This document shows positions 19,123 to 28,572 of a DNA stretch of 64,000 nucleotides, one piece after another (positions within the stretch are counted from its first letter, which is position 1; every line of letters starts with the position of its first letter). This DNA is from Sedimentisphaerales bacterium (lineage in GTDB: Bacteria; Planctomycetota; Phycisphaerae; Sedimentisphaerales; SM23-30): assembly GCA_963666285.1 (NCBI GenBank), contig OY762711.1. One strand, 5' to 3'. The notes under the pieces are model-generated. The model was not told where the DNA came from. It searched no databases and saw nothing but the letters and a program-made list of their open reading frames with translations. The translations under genes were made by a program, and so were the position numbers.

Positions 19123-20175
19123 TTATTGGATATTTTTTTCCATCAAGTCAACTATCTGACTAAATACCATATCGACAGAAAGATCTTTCATGCATTTGTG
19201 ATGCTCTAAAGGACATATTTTTTTCTGGCAGGGAGAACATTCTATATCCAACCTGATTGTTGCTGTTTTTTCCAGATTTGAAGCGGTCAGACCGGGGTCG
19301 GTAGAGCCAAAAATCACCGCTACCGGCTTATCAAACGCTACAGCATAATGGCGAGGACCGGTATCATTTGTCACCAGCATCTCGCATCTATTTATCAACG
19401 GCTTCAGCAATGCCAGATCCAGTCCTTCTTTACGCATCTCGATAATATCCGCTTTGGCATAACTCATTATTTCATCTGCAATTTGATCTTCACCAGGAGC
19501 AGTAAACATAAACAGCCTGCACTTATATTTATCCTGTAAACGTTTGGCAAGTTCGGCATAATATTCGGCAGGCCAGCATTTACTTGAGCCGAAACTCGCC
19601 CCGGGATTTAAACCAATAACTCTTTCATCTTTATCAATATTGTATTTAGAGTAGATTAAATTGGCCCTGGCCTGCAATTCCTGGTCAATATATAAATGCG
19701 GCATAAAACTGTCTGGAATCTTCAAGCCCAGAAAACTACACAGATCACGATAATAGTCGGTCGTCGGCATCGGTTTGATCCGGCCACCCTCTTTGATTGG
19801 TTTTGGACCTGCCCTTAATATAAGTCCGCGAAAATCACGGCGATATCCAAATATATTCCTACAACCGGCCTTCCAGATTGGCAATGCCGAACTCCATGAA
19901 TTAGGCAGAACAATTGCTATATCAGGAGCAAACTCTTTAATTAGTGCTACTTGACAAGACTTTCCAGCTTTTGAGCCGTCATCAATACCGGCGACCCTGT
20001 CAAACCAAGGTCCTCCACCAAGAATATCAACAGCATAGTTTCGTACAAGCCCTACTATTTCAGCGTCAGGCCAGGTAGCACGTACACTATCGTAAACCGG
20101 GGTGGCCATAACTATATCACCAACCCAGCTTGGACAGCGAACGATTATCTTTTTAACATTATCAGGGAACTTCAT
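19123..20175 (-). CDS. waaF: LPS heptosyltransferase II (GT9)
   Basis: PSWVGDIVMA, LNPGASFGSSKCWP, TNDTGPRHYA, FGST and CSPC motifs. Confidence 0.88.
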   Translation of the reverse strand: MKFPDNVKKIIVRCPSWVGDIVMATPVYDSVRATWPDAEIVGLVRNYAVDILGGGPWFDRVAGIDDGSKAGKSCQVALIKEFAPDIAIVLPNSWSSALPIWKAGCRNIFGYRRDFRGLILRAGPKPIKEGGRIKPMPTTDYYRDLCSFLGLKIPDSFMPHLYIDQELQARANLIYSKYNIDKDERVIGLNPGASFGSSKCWPAEYYAELAKRLQDKYKCRLFMFTAPGEDQIADEIMSYAKADIIEMRKEGLDLALLKPLINRCEMLVTNDTGPRHYAVAFDKPVAVIFGSTDPGLTASNLEKTATIRLDIECSPCQKKICPLEHHKCMKDLSVDMVFSQIVDLMEKNIQ

Positions 20176-20194
20176 TATTAAATTTACAATTTAC

Positions 20195-21577
20195 CTATTT
20201 CGCTTTTCTGTTATCCTGAAGAGACTTTTGGGTATCAAGCTCAACTCCGGGATCACCCTGAACAGCCATCCAGCGATCAAGTTCTTTAGATAGCTCAGAC
20301 TTTATTTTTGCATATTCAGGATTATTAGCCAAATTATCAAACTCGAAAGGGTCGGAATCAAGATCGTAAAGTTCTTCTGCCGGACGTCTCAAATATCTTT
20401 CAACCAGATTATAGGTACTGTCATTATCTCCGGAAGTAAATACCCAGGTATCCCAATAAGGATTATGTTGATCTACAGCCAGCAAATGCTTTTCGATATA
20501 TATTCTTTCCGGGCTAAGATTACGAATATAACTATATCCAGATGTTCTTACAGAACGTATCGGAAACGCCGGCCCTTCCGGAACGTTATTATGCATAGCA
20601 TACACATACTTGCGATGCTGATCCTTTTTACCTTGCAGAACCTGTAGAAAACTCATGCCGTCAAACTGGTCTTTCAGATATGAAATCCCTGCTGCATCCA
20701 TAAATGTTGGTAGAACATCGGCATACTGAACCAATGCATCTGTCCTGACACCTTGTTTTACTTTTCCTGGCCATCTAACAATCATACCCGTATGAACACC
20801 AAGTTCCCAGTTAGTCCATTTGCAACCGGGAATCTGTGCCCCCTGTTCAGAAGTAAACAGTACAAGAGTATTTTCAGCCTGTCCGGTCTTCTCTAAGGAT
20901 TTTAGAATTTCGCCTATCTGCATATCCATATATTCGATCTCAGCCAGATACTTGGCAAAATCTTTACGAGTCTGTGGTGTATGTGCCATATGAGGTGGCA
21001 ACTTTAGCTTGTCCAAGTCAAATTTAGTCGAATCGCCAACAGTCCAGACGACATGAGGTACTACCAGACAAACTGCCAGATAAAACGGTTGATCTTTATC
21101 TCTTGCCATAAATTCTTCGATACCGGCACAATCATAGTCAGCAGTAGGAGCAACACAATTTGATTCAAAACCTTTAACATCTTCAAAAGGGAAACACTTT
21201 TTGGGGGTAACGTGCACTTTTCCGGTAATACCTACACGATAACCTTCCTTACCGAAATAATGAGGTGCTGATTTAGTACCGGGTTTAGCTTTAGAGTGAT
21301 TCCAACATACTCCACTTTTTACAGGATACAAACCGGAATACATCTCAGCTCTGCAAGGAACACACATTGACATGCTTAAATATGCCTTATTGAATACCAT
21401 TCCTTCAGATGCAAATTTATCCAGGTTCGGAGTATCAATATTCTGTCCTCCATATAATGGGAGATCGTTATAAGTACAGTCATCACCCATAATAATCAAA
21501 AAATTTGGTCTATCAGCTGCTTGCAGATAAGCCGCAGATAAAATAATGAACAAAACAATCCTTTTCAATGTGATCAT
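20195..21577 (-). CDS. Sulfatase (Cys-type)
   Basis: Signal peptide, RPNFLIIMGDD, CVPCR (CxPxR), GKVH and ELYDLDSDPFE. Confidence 0.92.
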   Translation of the reverse strand: MITLKRIVLFIILSAAYLQAADRPNFLIIMGDDCTYNDLPLYGGQNIDTPNLDKFASEGMVFNKAYLSMSMCVPCRAEMYSGLYPVKSGVCWNHSKAKPGTKSAPHYFGKEGYRVGITGKVHVTPKKCFPFEDVKGFESNCVAPTADYDCAGIEEFMARDKDQPFYLAVCLVVPHVVWTVGDSTKFDLDKLKLPPHMAHTPQTRKDFAKYLAEIEYMDMQIGEILKSLEKTGQAENTLVLFTSEQGAQIPGCKWTNWELGVHTGMIVRWPGKVKQGVRTDALVQYADVLPTFMDAAGISYLKDQFDGMSFLQVLQGKKDQHRKYVYAMHNNVPEGPAFPIRSVRTSGYSYIRNLSPERIYIEKHLLAVDQHNPYWDTWVFTSGDNDSTYNLVERYLRRPAEELYDLDSDPFEFDNLANNPEYAKIKSELSKELDRWMAVQGDPGVELDTQKSLQDNRKAK

Positions 21578-21668
21578 TTTTGATTCCTCTCTTTCTGAGA
21601 TTTTGCAAACAAAACATACTTTTTTTCAAATTCATATATATAAAACACCAACAACACTATAAGAAAAG

Positions 21669-24191
21669 CTATGGTGCCATTCGAGTAAATTTTCTGCTTC
21701 CAATAGTAGCCTTATCATAATTATTCGGCCAGAAACTCATCTGGAACGACATTCCACTCCTGGTAGAATCCCATCCGGCACTAAACGCCGTTGTCCAGCC
21801 CGGCATCTTACGTAGAACAACAAGTCGACTAAAGGCTCCATCATCTGATTCGATATCATATTGTGTCGATACTGAAATTGCGTATTTCGGATTCAATTGA
21901 TAACTAACTCCAGCAGCTATATACTGGGCCGCCTGCTGTTCCAACGGATCACCATTATTCAAATAGCGATGGCCAAAATAGTACCTTACCAGAGACTCAT
22001 GCCTAAATGATATTACATTCTCAATAGCTGACATTTCTGAATCAGTCAGATTATAGTTAATACCACCGGCATAATCTGCTACGTCAGAAATATTCCAGCT
22101 CCAATCGCCAGTTGCATGGTTACTTAAACACTGGTTATATTGGCTGCGACCGGCCAGTCCCAAACTAACAAGGTCATGATTAACAAACGGGCTAAAACCA
22201 TATTGTGTATCAGGCCGGGAATAAATAAATCTACCCGGCAATTCAGCATCTTCAACCTCGTCACTTACATATGTCAAAGATGAATTAAAAGTAAAAACAT
22301 CTACAACCCGCTTATTATCTTTCGGGCCTCTCTTGGTCTGCCAACGCTGACGTAAAGCGAAATTATATACATCCTGAGTTAACAGGTCTCTATTTGTAGT
22401 ATCTGCCCAAAAGACATTAACTTCAGGCCGCACTATATGACGTATGCCGTCAATGTCAAACAATTCTGAACGTGTAGAACGATCAAGATGCCAGAACTGC
22501 ATTGAACTACGAAACCCAAATGAACCTTGCAGAAAATCATCATTTTTTCCAGACTCATAATCATATTCAGGATATAAGCTATCAGAATAATCAGAAAATA
22601 CATACGTTCCAATAGCAGTAGGAACAAAGCTGAAACTACCAAACTTTACCGGCAGCATAAGTTCATGACGACTGACCGCATAGGTTGTTGATTCTGGATT
22701 AATAATATCAGGAAACAGACTTTGCTCTTCCTTACCACCAAAACCAGGAACTAAACGATCACCCGCTATCTCTTGAAACTGTGAATAATAGCCATCATGC
22801 TGATAAACAAAAATATCCATTAAGTCTTGTCCGGCAAGATATAAACCAACTTTCGGCTCCTGGACATAAGAATAATCAAAGTCATCTAAATGAAAACCAT
22901 ACAAAAAATCCAAAGCCCAGTTATGGTCTGATTGTTTTAAGTATATAGAATTTTCTTTATATTGCTCGGAATCAAACTCACGCTCATACCAGCTTTCCAG
23001 GAAGTTTCTATCACTCTCATGGTTCAACATAACCGACATTTGCCAGTTATAAGGCAGATATTGGCGATGATTCCATTTAATTCTTCCACGAAACTCTTCA
23101 TCCGGCGCAACATTGTCACGAGAACCCAATCTGCCCAGCTCATCTTCACCACTATCATGAACCAGATAACTCTTGAATTCACCGAAAGATAGTTCGTTAG
23201 TGTATTCCGACTCAATACCAACTGCCGGCCCTCGTTTAGTATAACCATCCAAAAGAAGATTTGTCTTTGACTCACCTGACTGCTTCAAGCCAAGCAAAAG
23301 AGGTAAATCCCATTCAGATTCTATAGAAAAACCATATTCAGAATCCAAACCACCACTTAATCTTTTCAAAGGAGTAGGCGAACTTTTAAGATCACCCCTG
23401 GCATGAGGCCACCAGAAAACTGTCGGCAGCCCCTCAGCATTCAAAGTAAGCTCATCAATCTCCACCTGAGGTATGTTCTGATCATCTGAACTTGTCGAAT
23501 CATCCTGATATATATCAATCTGCCTGGCACCTATCCATAAATGAGGTTGATGAAATGAATCATTACTAAATTTAACCTTTTTTGCTCGAATATGGCTATC
23601 GGCATACTGTTTAATCTCCTCTGCCCTTATATAAATAGGCAGCTCGCTCTCATCTACCAGCTCGAACTTCAATACACCATCCAGAATCAGCATTTCACCG
23701 CTGTCAAAATTAAAATACACCTTTTCAGCAGTAAAAACATTATCTTTAACAGGCTTATTGTTATTAACAGCAAGATTATCAACAGCAATTCTTATATCAC
23801 CTTCAAGATAAACACCGATGGGAGAATTGATTTTGGCTTCACTGCCTCTGGCCAAAGACTGCAGCAACTCCTGCTGTCGGTAATATATAACCGCATTTTC
23901 AGCCTGGAATTCAATCGCCGGCTGACCAGCAATTCCAGGAAGACTGGCCCAAAAACCACCAGTACAGACAAAGACATCTCCACCATCAGGTAACTTCTTG
24001 GAAATAAACTCGTTCTGTAAAACAACATAAAGTGGGCGTGCCTTTTTATCCGGCAAATCAGAAGAACTCTCCTGAGAATACACTTTTGATGTCGGCAAAA
24101 TTACCAAAACAAGACAAATAACAGTATTGAGAATACCGCTTTTTTGGATAAGATTAAGAAATAAAGGATTAAACTTCATATATTCTGCCAT
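21669..24191 (-). CDS. lptD: LptD-like LPS-assembly outer-membrane protein
   Basis: 840 aa, N-terminal OstA-like region, large beta-barrel C-terminus with RHIVRPEV and LRQRWQTKRG. Upstream of waaF. Confidence 0.7.
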   Translation of the reverse strand: MAEYMKFNPLFLNLIQKSGILNTVICLVLVILPTSKVYSQESSSDLPDKKARPLYVVLQNEFISKKLPDGGDVFVCTGGFWASLPGIAGQPAIEFQAENAVIYYRQQELLQSLARGSEAKINSPIGVYLEGDIRIAVDNLAVNNNKPVKDNVFTAEKVYFNFDSGEMLILDGVLKFELVDESELPIYIRAEEIKQYADSHIRAKKVKFSNDSFHQPHLWIGARQIDIYQDDSTSSDDQNIPQVEIDELTLNAEGLPTVFWWPHARGDLKSSPTPLKRLSGGLDSEYGFSIESEWDLPLLLGLKQSGESKTNLLLDGYTKRGPAVGIESEYTNELSFGEFKSYLVHDSGEDELGRLGSRDNVAPDEEFRGRIKWNHRQYLPYNWQMSVMLNHESDRNFLESWYEREFDSEQYKENSIYLKQSDHNWALDFLYGFHLDDFDYSYVQEPKVGLYLAGQDLMDIFVYQHDGYYSQFQEIAGDRLVPGFGGKEEQSLFPDIINPESTTYAVSRHELMLPVKFGSFSFVPTAIGTYVFSDYSDSLYPEYDYESGKNDDFLQGSFGFRSSMQFWHLDRSTRSELFDIDGIRHIVRPEVNVFWADTTNRDLLTQDVYNFALRQRWQTKRGPKDNKRVVDVFTFNSSLTYVSDEVEDAELPGRFIYSRPDTQYGFSPFVNHDLVSLGLAGRSQYNQCLSNHATGDWSWNISDVADYAGGINYNLTDSEMSAIENVISFRHESLVRYYFGHRYLNNGDPLEQQAAQYIAAGVSYQLNPKYAISVSTQYDIESDDGAFSRLVVLRKMPGWTTAFSAGWDSTRSGMSFQMSFWPNNYDKATIGSRKFTRMAP

Positions 24192-24434
24192 TCGGATATA
24201 AATTAATACGGCATCTTGGTTTTGGTAGGGCCATATATGTGTAATACTAGCAATTTATGCTCACAAATTCATAGGACAACTGCAATTATATTAATAATAC
24301 GTATATTTTCCAGCAGAAAACCCTATTATCAATACTTAACACCCTGAATAATCATTACAATCGTTATTATTTTTACATATAGGACATTTAACCTGCTGTT
24401 TAACAAGCATTTATATAAAAATGCAAAAATTATG

Positions 24435-24463
24435 TGGACATAGATTTAGTTCTCTTGTATAAT
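24435..24463 (+). promoter_or_regulatory. Sigma70-type promoter for panD
   Basis: TGGACA-N17-TATAAT. Confidence 0.6.
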
Positions 24464-24524
24464 TCCTAGGCTAAACATGGGTATTTGGTAATGACTACTG
24501 CTTTAAGCAGCCCACCTTAAGAAA

Positions 24525-24887
24525 ATGCGAATTAGGGTATTAAAATCGAAGATTCACCGTGCAACGGTGACAGAAGCAAATCTGGACTATTACGGCAGTA
24601 TTACCATAGACCGCAGCCTGATGGAACAAGCAGGGCTCATAGAGGGCGAAGTAGTACTAGTAGCAAATATGTCCAGCGGCACCCGCCATGAAACCTATGT
24701 TATTCCAGGCCCGGCAGAAAGCGGTGTTATTTGCACCAATGGAGCCGCAGCTCACCTGGTCAGTGCCGGTGACGAAGTCATCATAATGGCATGGGCAGAA
24801 ATGGAAATAGAGCAAGCGAAAAATTTTAAACCAAATATTTTATTGGTTGATAAGAAAAATAAACCGATAGAACATATACCGGTATGA
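24525..24887 (+). CDS. panD: Aspartate 1-decarboxylase
   Basis: LKSKIHRATVT, YYGSITID (G|S cleavage site), TYVI and NGAAAH. Confidence 0.96.
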   Translation: MRIRVLKSKIHRATVTEANLDYYGSITIDRSLMEQAGLIEGEVVLVANMSSGTRHETYVIPGPAESGVICTNGAAAHLVSAGDEVIIMAWAEMEIEQAKNFKPNILLVDKKNKPIEHIPV

Positions 24888-24944
24888 TAAAGAGCTTGAA
24901 TCCTGGTGCTACCAGCTTATAATAAAAAAATAAAATTTATATTA

Positions 24945-24970
24945 GAACCTGCAAAAACAGCTTTCGTAAT
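24945..24970 (+). promoter_or_regulatory. ECF sigma-type promoter candidate 1
   Basis: GAAC-N16-CGTAAT; the same boxes and spacing recur at 25422. Confidence 0.5.
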
Positions 24971-24976
24971 ATAAAT

Positions 24977-25059
24977 AACGATATACCAAAAACGACCAGA
25001 CCTCCTTTTTCAAAAAGCCTTTCTGGAGCAAACTTTGCTTCAGAGGGCTTTTTTATTTT
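24977..25059 (+). ncRNA. Candidate ~80-nt small RNA
   Basis: Lies between the ECF-like promoter and a strong hairpin with U-tail; contains the CU-rich anti-SD-like GACCTCCTT; no ORF. Confidence 0.3.
25013..25059 (+). terminator. Rho-independent terminator
   Basis: AAAAGCCTTTCTGGAGCAAA-C-TTTGCTTCAGAGGGCTTTT long stem followed by a T-run. Confidence 0.8.
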
Positions 25060-25300
25060 AAACCATCATTTCACAGTCTATATCAATGAAACCGTTTTTT
25101 ACGGCTTTTAGTCCCATAATTAGGCAAATAGTTTCACAAAGAGGAATAATTGGGCTTTTTTCTAATTTAATTTCTTTTTCTGCCAGTTTCAATTACACCA
25201 TGTTATCACTCTAGCTCATACTCAATTATCGGGCTTGCTGCAATCGCCAGGCCCTATGGCAAATTGACACATTAATAATTATTGTTTAGCCTAAATCACG

Positions 25301-25327
25301 CAGGCCTCCTGTAAAACAGGAGGCCTG
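25301..25327. other. Perfect 12-bp intergenic hairpin
   Basis: CAGGCCTCCTGT-AAA-ACAGGAGGCCTG. Confidence 0.7.
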
Positions 25328-25421
25328 AAAAAGCCCTCTCAGGCGATTATTACAGCTTGAAAAGTAGAAAGTTAACTAAAGACACACCCATATTGTAAAC
25401 GATACTAATACGGGTAAACCT

Positions 25422-25447
25422 GAACATTAATTGTAACCTGTCGTAAT
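25422..25447 (+). promoter_or_regulatory. ECF sigma-type promoter candidate 2 (upstream of rhomboid gene)
   Basis: GAAC-N16-CGTAAT about 100 nt upstream of ATG 25545. Confidence 0.5.
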
Positions 25448-25544
25448 GTAGAGTGTTACAATATTGTAAGAAATTATCATTACACTGTGATAGGCTTAAA
25501 AAATCTAAAGCATCATATAAGAAAAGCTAAAAGGAACACATTTA

Positions 25545-26495
25545 ATGGGTTTTCAAGATAGAAATTATAATCAAACCGGCAACCAGGGCGGCTTCGGCAG
25601 CAGCTATGGCGGAGGTGGTTTTGGTGGCGGCGGAATGCATTTCAGCCTTGGAATACTAACCCCGGCAGTTAAAATGCTGCTAATCATAAACCTGGCAGCT
25701 TTTGTAGTACAGCATTTACTAGGTCCGCATCTGGCAGGTATTATCCCTGACGAATTGAAAGTAGAATTATTTGGAGGTCAACAAACAGATAGAGGCTGGA
25801 TATTTCCCATCATCAAGCCAAACGGCATTGAAGCATGGTTTTCGGTGATAGGCTTCAGTCCGAAATATGCTTTTCAGCTTTGGCGGCTGCTGACTTTTCA
25901 GTTTCTACATGCCGATGTAATGCATATTGTATTTAACATGCTTGGTGTCTTTTTCCTTGGCCCGGTACTGGAAAGGTCATGGGGCACTAAGAAATTTCTG
26001 ACTATGTACCTGGTTAGCGGTGCTGTCGGCGGCGCACTTTATTCTTTGGCATCACTATTTGGCATTTTTGGCCATTCAATGCTAATCGGAGCTTCCGGCG
26101 GCGTACTGGCACTGTTGGTAGCATGTGCTGTTCTGTTTCCACACTTCCAGGTAATATTGTTTATTTTCCCGGTACCAATAAGATTCGCCTGTGGATTGTT
26201 TACGTTATTATATATTCTAAATGTTATTGGCGGCGGTCATAATGCAGGCGGCGATTTGTGTCACCTTGGAGGGATGGCAACTGGTTTCCTATGGGTAATG
26301 GGCCGACCGAAGCTGGACCAGTTCAAAACTAACCTGGATTATAAAGTCAGCCAGAAACGAAAAGAAGAAGTTAAGAACCTGGAATACGAAGTTGACCGAA
26401 TACTGGCAAAAGTACACGAGCAAGGAATCCAGAGTTTGACAAAACGAGAACGGGAAATTCTCAAAAAGGCAACTGAAATGCAGAAGAAACACTAA
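25545..26495 (+). CDS. Rhomboid family intramembrane serine protease with C-terminal helical extension
   Basis: WRLLT, HIVFNM, GASGG and HLGG motifs; C-terminal VDRILAKVHEQGIQSLT (DUF6576-like). Confidence 0.92.
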   Translation: MGFQDRNYNQTGNQGGFGSSYGGGGFGGGGMHFSLGILTPAVKMLLIINLAAFVVQHLLGPHLAGIIPDELKVELFGGQQTDRGWIFPIIKPNGIEAWFSVIGFSPKYAFQLWRLLTFQFLHADVMHIVFNMLGVFFLGPVLERSWGTKKFLTMYLVSGAVGGALYSLASLFGIFGHSMLIGASGGVLALLVACAVLFPHFQVILFIFPVPIRFACGLFTLLYILNVIGGGHNAGGDLCHLGGMATGFLWVMGRPKLDQFKTNLDYKVSQKRKEEVKNLEYEVDRILAKVHEQGIQSLTKREREILKKATEMQKKH

Positions 26496-26534
26496 TAAAA
26501 CTGCAGAAAAGCTTGAGATAAAAACAGCAGATAT

Positions 26535-26954
26535 ATGGCGAAGAAGAAAGTTGATATCAAGATAGTAAATTTTGGAATTTACGATAAGTTCGATAAAGAC
26601 GATGAGCAGCTGCCGGAGATAATAGAGTTTTCTGACAAGATTCCTGCCCGGCTGGAGATAGAGTTCGGCATGATAGTTGAGATCACCAAGGCTCGCGGCG
26701 AGGTTATCAGCTGGCGGATAGGGCACCCGCCATTCAAAAACAGCAGAGGCTGTATGGCACCGCCCTTCACGGGGGAGTTTCATGTTAACAGCCCTGTATA
26801 TACCTTTTTCCTGGGCGATACTATATGGGAACCGATAGACGACAAGCTTGGCATATGGGATCTATCTATCAGTTGGAACGGAACTACCATGGCGAGAAAG
26901 AAACTCAAGGTTGTATCTGAAGACGAATATATGCAATCAACTCATCATCTGTAA
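26535..26954 (+). CDS. Conserved hypothetical protein (DUF3859-like)
   Basis: IPARLEIEFG, HPPF and FFLGDTIWEP patterns recognised from the family. Confidence 0.7.
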   Translation: MAKKKVDIKIVNFGIYDKFDKDDEQLPEIIEFSDKIPARLEIEFGMIVEITKARGEVISWRIGHPPFKNSRGCMAPPFTGEFHVNSPVYTFFLGDTIWEPIDDKLGIWDLSISWNGTTMARKKLKVVSEDEYMQSTHHL

Positions 26955-27152
26955 AAACTACCAGCTAACACATCAGCATTAGTAGTCAAACCTTACGCCA
27001 CATCTTAAAATTCAACAAAATGAACTAAAATCAAGTTAGATTCGTTATTTTCTCGCAATATATCAAATAACCGCAATTCTTCATACCGTCCTTTCCATCT
27101 TAACAGACTAAACACGAACATCAAATATTAAAATACTCTATAAAAGCTATGG

Positions 27153-27181
27153 TTGATTTTGGAGTAATTTACGTATATAAT
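27153..27181 (+). promoter_or_regulatory. Sigma70-type promoter for dapL
   Basis: TTGATT-N17-TATAAT. Confidence 0.6.
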
Positions 27182-27257
27182 GATTGGCTATTTTAGAGAT
27201 TAGAGAGCTTAGTAAACCATTATAAAAACATAATTTAGACAAAAATCGGAGTACGAC

Positions 27258-28481
27258 ATGATAAATATCAATGAAAATTACTTAAAGCTTAAGGCCGGCT
27301 ACTTATTCCCGGAGATTGGCCGCAGGGTAAATACTTTCTCAGAAGCCAACCCTAGTGCCAAAGTTATCAAGCTAGGCATTGGCGATGTTACCAGCCCTCT
27401 GCCGGCAAGCTTAATAGATGCATTCCACAAGGCAGTTGACGAAATGGGAACCGTAGAAGGCTTTCACGGCTACGGCCCGGAACAAGGATATGCCTTTCTG
27501 CGTGAAGCAATTGCAGAAAATGACTATAAGAGCCGTGGAGCCGATATTTCAGCAGATGAGATTTTCATATCAGACGGTTCCAAGTGTGATACCGGCAATA
27601 TTCAGGAAATATTCGGTCTGAATAATAAAATTGCGATAACAGACCCGGTTTACCCGGTATATGTCGATACCAATGTAATGGCAGGCCGAACAGGTGAAGC
27701 AGATGCCAACGGTCAATATGCCGGGCTGGTATATATGCCATGCGGACCGGATAATGATTTTACACCTGCCCTACCGGCAGAACCGGTTGACCTGATATAC
27801 TTGTGCTACCCGAACAACCCAACCGGTGCGGTTGCTACTAAGGAAGCATTAAAGGCTTGGGTTGACTATGCCCGCGAGAACAAGTCGCTTATTCTATTTG
27901 ATGCAGCATATGAAGCATTTATCACTGACCCGACTATCCCGCACAGTATTTATGAAATACCGGGAGCCAAGGAAGTAGCAATCGAATTCCGCAGCTTCAG
28001 TAAAAATGCCGGTTTTACCGGAACACGCTGTGCGTTTACAGTTGTACCAAAGGAACTGAAGGCATATAAGGCAAACGGAGAAGCTGTTGACGTCAAACCT
28101 ATCTGGAACCGCCGCCATTGCACCAAGTTTAACGGAGTATCTTACCCGGTACAGAAAGCGGCAGCAGCGGTTTACAGCGAACAAGGCAAGAAGGAAGTTC
28201 GCGGACTGATAGATTACTATATGAACAATGCCAAGACTATCCGTGAGAATCTGGAGAAAGCCGGTTATAAAGTTTATGGCGGCGTAAATGCTCCTTATAT
28301 CTGGCTGAAGACACCAGAAGGTATCGACAGCTGGGGATTCTTTGATAAACTGCTGAATGAATATAACGTTGTGGGTACACCTGGTGCCGGTTTTGGTGCT
28401 GCCGGTGAAGGATTCTTCCGTTTGAGCGCTTTCGGCAGTTATGAAAATGTGTGTGAGGCAATGGAACGCATTACCAAATAA
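27258..28481 (+). CDS. dapL: LL-diaminopimelate aminotransferase
   Basis: YLFPEI, LGIGDVT, GYGPEQG, SDGSKCD, PNNPTG and [12 protein letters not shown] (PLP lysine). Confidence 0.96.
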   Translation: MININENYLKLKAGYLFPEIGRRVNTFSEANPSAKVIKLGIGDVTSPLPASLIDAFHKAVDEMGTVEGFHGYGPEQGYAFLREAIAENDYKSRGADISADEIFISDGSKCDTGNIQEIFGLNNKIAITDPVYPVYVDTNVMAGRTGEADANGQYAGLVYMPCGPDNDFTPALPAEPVDLIYLCYPNNPTGAVATKEALKAWVDYARENKSLILFDAAYEAFITDPTIPHSIYEIPGAKEVAIEFRSFSKNAGFTGTRCAFTVVPKELKAYKANGEAVDVKPIWNRRHCTKFNGVSYPVQKAAAAVYSEQGKKEVRGLIDYYMNNAKTIRENLEKAGYKVYGGVNAPYIWLKTPEGIDSWGFFDKLLNEYNVVGTPGAGFGAAGEGFFRLSAFGSYENVCEAMERITK

Positions 28482-28512
28482 TTAAACTACACAGTTAAGC
28501 CATAACTCAGAG

Positions 28513-28548
28513 ATAAAAATGTTTCGTCATTAGGCGAAACATTTTTAT
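28513..28548 (+). terminator. Hairpin/terminator after dapL
   Basis: ATAAAAATGTTTCG...CGAAACATTTTTAT. Confidence 0.7.
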
Positions 28549-28572
28549 TAGTTGCGATCGGAAAATAAGGAA

